From contig JBFWZN010000001.1 in assembly GCA_050185275.1 (NCBI GenBank), positions 202,621-266,620 on the forward strand: a stretch of DNA of 64,000 nucleotides. Reading direction: 5' to 3'. This DNA comes from Vicinamibacterales bacterium (GTDB lineage: Bacteria; Acidobacteriota; Vicinamibacteria; Vicinamibacterales; UBA2999). Position numbers and translations under genes: made by a program. Positions 28,841 through 36,235 of the stretch are shown piece by piece. A model generated the notes under the pieces. The model was not told the origin of the DNA. It did no database searches and saw only the letters and a program-made list of their open reading frames with translations. Each line of letters opens with the position of its first letter. Positions within the stretch are counted from its first letter, which is position 1.

Positions 28841-29400
28841 GTTCCGAGACCTCGCCAGGGCCCTCCTGGGCGGGAGGTCCGGACGGCCGGACGCTGCTCG
28901 TGGTGGATGACGATGCGCCGTTCCGGCTGCGGCTCGTGCGAGCCATGCGCGATCGCGGGCTCGATGCCGTCGGCGTCGCCGATGACGGGGAGGCGCTGGC
29001 CGTGGCCCGTCAGGACAGCCCGGAACTGGCGGTCGTGGACCTGCGGCTGGGATCGGCCTCGGGGCTTGCGGTCGTGCGTGGCCTGCGGGCGATCGATCCC
29101 ACCACGGCCATCGTCGTGCTCACCGGCTACGGCAGCATTGCGACGGCGGTGGAGGCCGTGAGGTGCGGCGCGGTGGACTATCTCACCAAGCCTGCCGATG
29201 CCGACCAGATCCTGGCCGCCCTCGACGGCACGCGAGGAGTCGCAGAGACGGGCGTGCCGTCACTGGCCCGCGTGGAGTGGGAACACATCAACCGCGTGCT
29301 GGCCGACTGCGGCGGCAACGTGTCCCGGGCCGCGCGCGTGCTGGGGCTGCATCGGCGCTCCCTGCAGCGAAAGCTGTCGAAGTTCCCCGCGAGTCGCTAG
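28837..29400 (+). CDS. regA: RegA/PrrA/ActR-like response regulator (REC plus Fis-type HTH)
   Basis: ATGA overlap with the kinase gene. REC domain (LLVVDDDAPF...LAVVDLRLGSASG...TGYGSIATAV...YLTKP). C-terminal HTH NVSRAARVLGLHRRSLQRKL, typical of the RegA family. Confidence 0.85.
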   Translation: MSSETSPGPSWAGGPDGRTLLVVDDDAPFRLRLVRAMRDRGLDAVGVADDGEALAVARQDSPELAVVDLRLGSASGLAVVRGLRAIDPTTAIVVLTGYGSIATAVEAVRCGAVDYLTKPADADQILAALDGTRGVAETGVPSLARVEWEHINRVLADCGGNVSRAARVLGLHRRSLQRKLSKFPASR

Positions 29401-29429
29401 CGGGGGCGCGACACCGGGACGTGAAGGGG

Positions 29430-29777
29430 CTAGCGGCGCCTGGCGGGCTGCGGTGCTGCCGCCATGCCGGTGAGCAGGGCCCGGGCGACGTCGGACAGTG
29501 CCTCGAGCTGGATGCCGGTGATGTAGCGGATCTCGCCCTGCACGAGTTCCCCGCGCCAGTGCACCACCCGGCCCGCCACGACGACGTGCTGGTCGTCCTG
29601 ACGCAGGCGGAATTCGTGGCGCGACTCGGGTTGCAGCCGGTAGCGGGTTTCGAGCGTCAGCCCCCCGTCGCTGACCTCCCGCACCGTCACCGGCTCGTCG
29701 AGGGTGATGGTGTGCCCCTGCAGCTCGGTCAGGATCTCGATCCGGGGGGCGTGTCGGCGTTCAGATGCCATGGCCAT
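29430..29777 (-). CDS. small PilZ-like domain protein (115 aa)
   Basis: Start at internal MAMASE. RRHAPR matches RxxxR, and 23 residues later EVSDGG approximates D/NxSxxG (E in place of D/N). Size and beta-rich pattern fit a single-domain PilZ. Confidence 0.7.
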   Translation of the reverse strand: MAMASERRHAPRIEILTELQGHTITLDEPVTVREVSDGGLTLETRYRLQPESRHEFRLRQDDQHVVVAGRVVHWRGELVQGEIRYITGIQLEALSDVARALLTGMAAAPQPARRR

Positions 29778-29942
29778 GGTCAGGTCGGTGCTCCGACCGG
29801 GCCAATCGACACGGCGCGGGAGGGCTTGAGGCCGCGTGCCTGGAACTGCACGAGACTGCTCGGCCCCGTACACACAGCCCTGCCCACCGAAGTCCCGACA
29901 CCTGCGATCGCACTCGCGGATCGGGCAGCGCCCAACCTCAAG

Positions 29943-29974
29943 ATTGCGGGGGACCCCGCCGATATTGCGGGGGA
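29943..29974. repeat. two exact copies of ATTGCGGGGGA spaced 21 bp apart in the divergent intergenic region
   Basis: Copies at 29943-29953 and 29964-29974. The second overlaps the GGGAGGAG Shine-Dalgarno of the giant gene. The 8-bp palindrome GCGATCGC lies at 29904-29911. Confidence 0.6.
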
Positions 29975-29988
29975 GGAGTGCCGCACGG

Positions 29989-32900
29989 ATGTCCCGTGTC
30001 GCACGTCCGAGACCAGATCCCAAACCTTCCGTGGACAAGGCCGTGACCGCCAAGACGCTCGAGCCATCGGTGGAGGTCGAGCACCTCCGTCGTGTGCTCG
30101 ACACGCAGCCGGGGTGCCTCCTGCGGGTGGCCCTGGACGGCCTCGTGCTGGCCGCCAACGATGCCGCGCTCCGCCTGCTGGGGGTTGAGGGCCTGGCCCA
30201 GGCTCTGGGCCGGCGGCTCAACACCTGGGTGGTGCCCGCGCACCAGCAGCGCTGGGCTGAGTTCGCGGGTCATGTCTCGCGCGGGCTGCCGACGTCGTTC
30301 GAGTGCGACCTCACGGGGCCGGCGGGCTCGCTGCGTCCCACGTTGTTTCACGGCGTGCCGATGCTCGAGCACCCCGACGGCGTCAGGTCGGTGCTGGTGG
30401 CCGCCCGCGACCTCTCGGACCGCCATCGGCTCGAGACCTCCCTCGAAGCCTCGGGGGCGGGTTCGGGCCAACCCGACCCGGACCGGGCGGCCCTCGAGAT
30501 CCAGTTGCACGACGCGGTCGAGGATCGGCGGCGCACCTTCGAGCTGCTCGCCGCTCTCGAGGCCACCCAGCAGGCGCTGGTCGCCGAGCACATCACCGAA
30601 CAGGCGAAGACGGCCCGAAGCCTGCGCGCCCTGGCCTCGCAGCACGAACTGGACCTCGGACAGGGCGACACGGTCGACAGCGACGAAGCCATCGACTTCT
30701 CCCTGACCAACGCGGTGCCCGATGCGGGTTCGTCGGCGGCCGGCGAGCGGGCGGAAGCCCTCGTGCAGGGCATCGAAGCCAGCCAGCGTTCGCTGGTGGC
30801 CGGGCACCAGGCCGACCGGCAGCGGCTGCAGAAGGCCCTGCAGGTATTCGCCGAGCAGCACCAGCTCGACCTGCTCCTGCTCGCCGAGGGCGAAGCCGAC
30901 CGACGCCGGCTCGAGGAGTCGGTACTGGCGTTGTCCCGGCAGGCGGACGCCGGGGCGTCGGACCGCGCGGCCGTGGAGGGCGATCTGGCGCGCGCCGATG
31001 ACGAACGCCGCCGGCTGGAGGCGGCCCTTGCCGCGCTGGAGGCACGGCAGGCCGAACTGCAGACGTCGTTCGCGCAGGAACGTCTCCGCCTCGAACACGA
31101 GTTGTCGGAGAGCCGCACCTACGGCACCGACGTAGGCGGCGAGATCGCCAGACTCGAGGGTGAGCTGGCGTCTGCGCGGGAGCAACTGGCCGGCCTCGTG
31201 CTGGAACGTGACCGCCTGGCGGCGCGCGTCGCCGTGCTGGACGCCGATGCCAGCCGGCTTCCCGAACATGCCGAGGCACGCGAGCGCGAGCGGGTCAGGG
31301 CGGACGAGGCCGAGCGCGCCTGTGCCACCGCGGAGACGGCCTGCCAGGCCCTGCAGGCACGCGTCGAGGCGCTGACCGGGGAGCGCGATGCCGCCGTGCG
31401 GCGTGCCGAGGCGGCGCAGGGTCTCGAATCGTCGCTTCGCGAACGGGAACTCGAGGTCCAGCGCCTCGCGGCCGATCGCGCGGCCTTCGAGGCCCAGCTC
31501 GCCATCATCCGGGACGAACAGCAGACGCTGCGCCAGACACTCGCCCAGCGCGATCACGAGTTGGCCGAACTGACCGACGCCCGCCTCCAGGCGGAGACCA
31601 GGCTCGACGAGGTACGCGCCGGACAGGAGCAGCTCGAGGCGAGCCTGCTGGACCTGCAGGCCCAGCACGCGCTGGTGGAGGAGCAGCTCGCGCGTGCCGA
31701 CGTGGAGCGACAGCGCGCCGAGGGCCGCCGACAGCAGGCAGAGGCCACGCTGCAGCAGCGGACGACGGAGCAGGAGGTCGAGCGCGGACGGTTCCAGCTG
31801 GCGCTCCAGACCCTCGCGGAGGAACACCGGGCCGAACTGGTCAAGGCGAAGGACAGCCCGCGCCGCCGGCAGCTCGAAACGTCGCTCGCAGAGCGCGAGG
31901 CCACGCTCCAGACGCTCGAGCAGGAACAGGCCGCGCTGCAGGCCCGGCTCGAGGATGTGGACGGCGAACGGCTGCGGCTCGAGGCGTCGGTGCTGGGACT
32001 CACCGCCGACCACCAGACGGCCCATGAGCATCACGAGCGCGAGCGTGCGCGTCTGCTCGACGAACTGACCGCCCTGCAGCGCGCGCACGAGGCAAGCCGG
32101 CCTGCCGCGGACGACGCGCAGCGTCTGCAGGCCCTGCAGGACCAGCTCGACGCGTGCACCGCGGCGGTGGAGCGCGCCGAGCAGGCGAGGCTCGATGCCT
32201 TGCAGGCGCTCGACCGCGTGGAACAGGAGCGCGCACGCCTGCTCGCCAGCCTCGAAGAGGTCACACGCCGTGCCGAGGGCGCCGAGCAGCGGCATCAGGA
32301 AGCCGAGAGCCGCCTGGCTGCACAGGACGAGCGTCACCGCGACGCCGAGGGGCGGCTCCAGCGTGCGGAGGAGGCGGTGCGCGAGGCCGACGCGCGCCTG
32401 CGCGCAATCGATGCCGCGCGCGAGGACGCCGAGCGGACGAGGGCGGCGCTCGACGACGCGCTCGTCGCCGAACGCGCGGCACGCGAAGGCCTCGAGGAGC
32501 AGCTGCGCACCGAGTCGTCCGAGCGGCAGGCCCTGGCGACGCGGATCGGCGAGGCCGAGTCCAGCCGTGCGGAGCTCGAAGCCAGGTTGCAGGCCGAAGA
32601 GGCGGAACGGCGCGGGCTCGACGAGCGTGCGCGGGACGCGGAAGCCCGGTGCGCGGCGCTCGAGACCGACGTGGCGGCGGCCAGGGCCCGGATCGAGGCG
32701 CTCGAAGCCCAGCGTGCGGAGGCCGAGCGCGAGCGCGCCGTCCTGGACGAGGCGCTTCGCGCCGAACGCGCGGCACGCGAAGCCCTCGAGGAGCAGCTGC
32801 GCACCGAGTCGTCCGAGCGACAGGCCCTGGCGACGCGGGTCGGCGAGGCCGCGTCCAGCCGCGCGGAGCTCGAAGCCAGGTTGCAGGCCGAAGAGGCGGA

Positions 32901-34872
32901 ACGGCGCGGGCTCGACGAGCGCGCGCGGGATGCGGAAGCCCGGTGCGCGGCGCTCGAGACCGACGTGGCGGCGGCCAGGGCCCGGATCGAGGCGCTCGAA
33001 GCCCAGCGTGCGGAGGCCGAGCGCGAGCGCGCCGTCCTGGACGAGGCGCTTCGCGCCGAGCGCGCGGCACGCGAAGGCCTCGAGGAGCGCCTGCGCACCG
33101 ACGAGGCCGAGCGGCAGGTGCTGGCCACGCACGTGCGCGATGCGGAGACCAGCCGCGCAGCGCTCGAAGCACGCCTGCAGGCGGACGCGGAAGGGCGGGA
33201 AGCCCTCGAGTCGCGGGTCCGGGACCTGGAGGCGCAGATCCACGACGCCCGGGTCCGACGCGTGGAGGCCGAGGCGGCCGCGCGGGCGGAGACCGAACGC
33301 CGCGAGTCCGTCGAACGCGAGGCGCGGGCGAAGGACGAAGCCGTGCAGGACCTCGAGGCCCGCCTCGCCACAACTGATGCACTCCGGATCGAGGCCGAGC
33401 AGGCGCGCGCGGTTCACGACGAGGCCCTCCGGTCCCTGCAGGCGGCCAGTGACGCCGGGCAGCTGGCGTTCGCGGCACTGGAATCCCGTGTGCACGACGA
33501 GGAGCGCCGGCGTCTGGAGGTCGAGCAGACACTACGCGTCGAGCAGGCCCGTCGCGAAGAGGCAGAGACGCGGCTGCAGACGCTCGAGGGTGAACTCAGC
33601 CGCGTGACAGGCGACCGGCAGACGCTGGAGCAGGCGCGTGACGAGGCTGGCCGGCGTCTGCAGGAGACGGAGGCGCAGCTGTCCCGCCTGCAGGCCGATG
33701 CCGAGGCCGAACGGCACGCCGCAGAGCAGGCACTGCAGGCGCTGGCCGAGCAGCACCGCACGGTGCTCGACGCCGCGCGTGAGCAGGCTCGGGAGCTCGA
33801 GCTGCGCAGCCGGTCTGTCGAAGCCGAGCGGCAGGCGGAAACGGAGGCGCTGCGGGCGGAACGCGACGCGGCCAGAAGCCATGCGGCCGACCTCCAGGGC
33901 CAGTGGAACGCGCTCGACGATCGACTGCGGAGCCTCGACGTCGAGCTCCGGTCGCGGACCGAGGCGTTCGAGACGTCGAATCGCCGGCTGGAGCACATGC
34001 TGGCCGAACGCGCCGCCGAGCTCGCCACGCGCGACGAGGCCCTTCGTGCGGCGAGCACGACCGCGGCCGAGACCCAGGCGAGGCTCGAGTCCACGAACGC
34101 GGCGCTCGAGCTGGCACAGTCGCACCTGCAGGAAGCGGTGCGGCGGGTTGAACGGCTCGAGACCCTGGAACGTGAGCGCACCGCTCTGGTCGCGCGACTG
34201 GAGGAGTCCTCAGCGACCCAGGCGCGGCTCGCGGCGGCGATCGGCCGGCTGGAAGAGGACGCTCGGGTCCAGGCAGCCGAGCAGGAGGCCGAGCGTCTGC
34301 GCCTGATCGAGGCCGCGCGGACCGAGGCCGCCACCCTCCGCGCGCGTCACGAGGACGCCGAGGGGCTGGCGAGGCAGGCCCTTGCGGCAGAACAGGCCCG
34401 CGCCGATCAGCTCGTGATCGAGCGACAGCAGCTGGAAGCGCTGGCGGAGCTGCACGAGTCCGCGCGACAGCAGCTGGTGGCGGAGCAGAGCGCCGAGCGG
34501 CTGCGGCTGCAGCAGCTCTCCGACGCGGCCGTGGCCGAGCAGGCGAGGCTGGCCCGCGTGATGGCCGAGCAGACAATCGAACTCGAGAGTCTCGTGGACT
34601 ACGCGCGCCGCGTGTCGCCGCTGGTGGCCGCCGGCCGCCTGGCGAGTCAGGTGGGCCGTGAACTGCGCGATCTGTTGCGGCGGGTGGATACCAGAGCGAA
34701 GCGCCTGCTCACCGACTATCCGCAGGAGTCCGTCGGTCGGCGCGACATCGAGATGCTGCGCTCCGACGCCATCTCCGCGAGCTGGCTCGCGCACCAGCTC
34801 CTGCAGTCGTCGGAAGACGTGTCGGACGGACCGGACGACGATCGATCCGGTCAGGCAGGGAGCCGGCCATGA
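29989..34872 (+). CDS. giant (~1,627 aa) protein: PAS-like fold, ~1,400-aa coiled-coil-type region, degenerate DHp-like C-terminus
   Basis: Start chosen at MSRVARPRPD because GGGAGGAG lies about 11 nt upstream; the ORF is open from 29836. PAS-like segment: LLRVALDGLVLAANDAALRLLG...FECDL...VLVAARDLSDRHRLE. The rest is continuous A/E/R/L/Q-rich sequence with no TM helix, Walker A or catalytic motif. The C-terminal LVAAGRLASQVGRELRDLLRRV resembles a kinase H-box without the His. Confidence 0.8.
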   Translation: MSRVARPRPDPKPSVDKAVTAKTLEPSVEVEHLRRVLDTQPGCLLRVALDGLVLAANDAALRLLGVEGLAQALGRRLNTWVVPAHQQRWAEFAGHVSRGLPTSFECDLTGPAGSLRPTLFHGVPMLEHPDGVRSVLVAARDLSDRHRLETSLEASGAGSGQPDPDRAALEIQLHDAVEDRRRTFELLAALEATQQALVAEHITEQAKTARSLRALASQHELDLGQGDTVDSDEAIDFSLTNAVPDAGSSAAGERAEALVQGIEASQRSLVAGHQADRQRLQKALQVFAEQHQLDLLLLAEGEADRRRLEESVLALSRQADAGASDRAAVEGDLARADDERRRLEAALAALEARQAELQTSFAQERLRLEHELSESRTYGTDVGGEIARLEGELASAREQLAGLVLERDRLAARVAVLDADASRLPEHAEARERERVRADEAERACATAETACQALQARVEALTGERDAAVRRAEAAQGLESSLRERELEVQRLAADRAAFEAQLAIIRDEQQTLRQTLAQRDHELAELTDARLQAETRLDEVRAGQEQLEASLLDLQAQHALVEEQLARADVERQRAEGRRQQAEATLQQRTTEQEVERGRFQLALQTLAEEHRAELVKAKDSPRRRQLETSLAEREATLQTLEQEQAALQARLEDVDGERLRLEASVLGLTADHQTAHEHHERERARLLDELTALQRAHEASRPAADDAQRLQALQDQLDACTAAVERAEQARLDALQALDRVEQERARLLASLEEVTRRAEGAEQRHQEAESRLAAQDERHRDAEGRLQRAEEAVREADARLRAIDAAREDAERTRAALDDALVAERAAREGLEEQLRTESSERQALATRIGEAESSRAELEARLQAEEAERRGLDERARDAEARCAALETDVAAARARIEALEAQRAEAERERAVLDEALRAERAAREALEEQLRTESSERQALATRVGEAASSRAELEARLQAEEAERRGLDERARDAEARCAALETDVAAARARIEALEAQRAEAERERAVLDEALRAERAAREGLEERLRTDEAERQVLATHVRDAETSRAALEARLQADAEGREALESRVRDLEAQIHDARVRRVEAEAAARAETERRESVEREARAKDEAVQDLEARLATTDALRIEAEQARAVHDEALRSLQAASDAGQLAFAALESRVHDEERRRLEVEQTLRVEQARREEAETRLQTLEGELSRVTGDRQTLEQARDEAGRRLQETEAQLSRLQADAEAERHAAEQALQALAEQHRTVLDAAREQARELELRSRSVEAERQAETEALRAERDAARSHAADLQGQWNALDDRLRSLDVELRSRTEAFETSNRRLEHMLAERAAELATRDEALRAASTTAAETQARLESTNAALELAQSHLQEAVRRVERLETLERERTALVARLEESSATQARLAAAIGRLEEDARVQAAEQEAERLRLIEAARTEAATLRARHEDAEGLARQALAAEQARADQLVIERQQLEALAELHESARQQLVAEQSAERLRLQQLSDAAVAEQARLARVMAEQTIELESLVDYARRVSPLVAAGRLASQVGRELRDLLRRVDTRAKRLLTDYPQESVGRRDIEMLRSDAISASWLAHQLLQSSEDVSDGPDDDRSGQAGSRP
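32467..33348 (+). repeat. three tandem 294-bp (98-codon) in-frame repeats inside the giant gene
   Basis: Units start at 32467, 32761 and 33055, each beginning GCCGA(A/G)CGCGCGGCACGCGAAG. By my eye copies 1 and 2 differ at about 7 of 294 nt. Copy 3 is clearly diverged. A partial related unit precedes at about 32390-32466. Confidence 0.9.
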
Positions 34873-35240
34873 TCATCGTGCAGATCTCGCCGCGCCGTCC
34901 GGCGTCGGCCTTCCCGACCATCAGCGGCCTCCGCATCGCGCCGGAGGGCGGGCAGGCCGTGCTGGTGAACATGTCCACGACCGGCGTGCTCACCGAATGC
35001 CCGAAGCGCATTGCCCCCGGCAAGAGCGTAACCGTGCACTTCGAGGGGGGCTTCACCCCTACGTCGGTCAAGGGCAAGGTGGCCCGGTGCGGCGTGGCGG
35101 GCATCGACAAGCAGGGGACGCTTCGCTACCACCTCGGCATCGCGTTCGAGACCCCGATCTCGCTCGACGCCGCCGTGGGCAGCGAGCCCGTTGCGGAGAC
35201 GGTCGAACCCGACGCGGTGGCGGTCAGGAACCGTTGGTGA
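34869..35240 (+). CDS. small PilZ-like domain protein (123 aa), translationally coupled to the giant gene
   Basis: ATGA overlap at 34869-34872. VLVNMSTTGVL matches NxSxxG. The upstream basic motif is only PRRPAS (RR, not a full RxxxR). Size and beta pattern resemble PilZ. Confidence 0.6.
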   Translation: MIIVQISPRRPASAFPTISGLRIAPEGGQAVLVNMSTTGVLTECPKRIAPGKSVTVHFEGGFTPTSVKGKVARCGVAGIDKQGTLRYHLGIAFETPISLDAAVGSEPVAETVEPDAVAVRNRW

Positions 35241-35502
35241 GACTGCCGGGATAGTGCTCTTCGACGTGGTGTCGCACCACCTCGGCGTCGGCGACCGCCT
35301 TGTCACGTTGCACGCCCTTGGCGCGCTCCTTGTAGCGTTGGACGTTGGCCTGCCGCGTCTCCTCGGAGCTGACCGAGCAGCGTGAGATCAGGCGTTCGAG
35401 ATCGCTCCCATGGCACGCGGGGCACGCGGCCACGTCGCCGGTGCGAATCAACTGCTCGAATTCGCGGCCGCAGGCACGGCACTGATACTCGTAGATCGGC
35501 AT
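35224..35502 (-). CDS. FmdB-family zinc-ribbon protein
   Basis: MPIYEYQCRACGREFEQL...ACPACHGSDLERLIS is the canonical CxxC...CxxC FmdB N-terminus. Its 3' end overlaps the convergent PilZ-like gene by 17 nt. Confidence 0.85.
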   Translation of the reverse strand: MPIYEYQCRACGREFEQLIRTGDVAACPACHGSDLERLISRCSVSSEETRQANVQRYKERAKGVQRDKAVADAEVVRHHVEEHYPGSLTNGS

Positions 35503-35635
35503 TCCGTCGCTCCCTCCCGCACCTTACCACGACGGCCCGCCCCGGTGCGCCTCCTGTACAATCCGTGGTCGGCTCCGTGCCGCGGTGGCGCGAAGGGCCG
35601 AATCCGGGCGTCCGACAGGTATCAAGGAGAGAACC

Positions 35636-36166
35636 ATGAAGCAGGCAGTTCGAATCGTGGCCATGCTGGCCCTGGTGTGTGGAGGGGCCGTGCAACTGCG
35701 GGCACAGACGGGTACCCTGGCTGGGGACGTGCTGAAGGACTGGCAGGACCAGGGGCAGCAGATCCGCGGCCTGGCGGCCGCGATGCCGGATGACGCATTC
35801 GGGTTCAAGCCAACGCCAGCGCAGCGCTCGTTCGCGCAGCAGGTCACGCACATCGCCGAGATCAACGTGATGGTCCTGCGCGCCCTGGGCGCCCGCACCG
35901 CCGCTCCCCAGATCGACACCATGGCCACGACGAAGGCTGCGGCGCTGGCTGAGCTTGCCAAGTCCTATACGTACGGCGAAGCCGTCATCCGCGAGTTCAA
36001 CGACGCCGCCATGGCGCAGGGTGTCGATGGCCCTCCGTTTCTTGGCCGGTCCACCCGGGCGCGCCTCGCCTACTTCGCGATGTCGCACGCCATGGACAGC
36101 TACGGGCAGATGGTCGTGTACCTGCGTCTGAACAACATCGTGCCTCCCGCCAGCGCGGGTATGTAG
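35636..36166 (+). CDS. DinB-family protein with a signal peptide
   Basis: AAGGAGA Shine-Dalgarno, then start MKQAVRIVAMLALVCGGAVQLRAQT. DinB-like helical-bundle features (FAQQVTHIAEIN...HAMDSYGQMVVYLR). Confidence 0.75.
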   Translation: MKQAVRIVAMLALVCGGAVQLRAQTGTLAGDVLKDWQDQGQQIRGLAAAMPDDAFGFKPTPAQRSFAQQVTHIAEINVMVLRALGARTAAPQIDTMATTKAAALAELAKSYTYGEAVIREFNDAAMAQGVDGPPFLGRSTRARLAYFAMSHAMDSYGQMVVYLRLNNIVPPASAGM

Positions 36167-36235
36167 CACGTATCGGCGGCCGGCGGGTCCGCCGGGCGCG
36201 ACCCGACGGCCCCGCGGCCATGCCATCATGACGCC

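Noticed and set aside
29836-29988. Upstream ATG at 29836 as the start of the giant gene
   Set aside because: The first 51 codons (MPGTARDCSAPYTQPCPPKSRHLRSHSRIGQRPTSRLRG...) look non-protein-like, and no Shine-Dalgarno precedes that ATG. The ATG at 29989 has GGGAGGAG about 11 nt upstream. This start is not fully excluded.
32467-33348. Regularly spaced repeats considered as a possible CRISPR or other non-coding array
   Set aside because: The repeats are contiguous 294-bp units with no unique spacers. They are in frame and encode coiled-coil sequence within a long ORF. No cas genes are present.
29938-33495. 1,185-aa ORF on the minus strand, opposite the giant coiled-coil gene
   Set aside because: This is a shadow frame. 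The sense gene is built from GAG, GCC, CGC and CTG codons, whose complements rarely make stops. The translation is Arg/Pro/Gly/Leu-rich and low in complexity, has no motifs, and mirrors the sense-strand tandem repeats.
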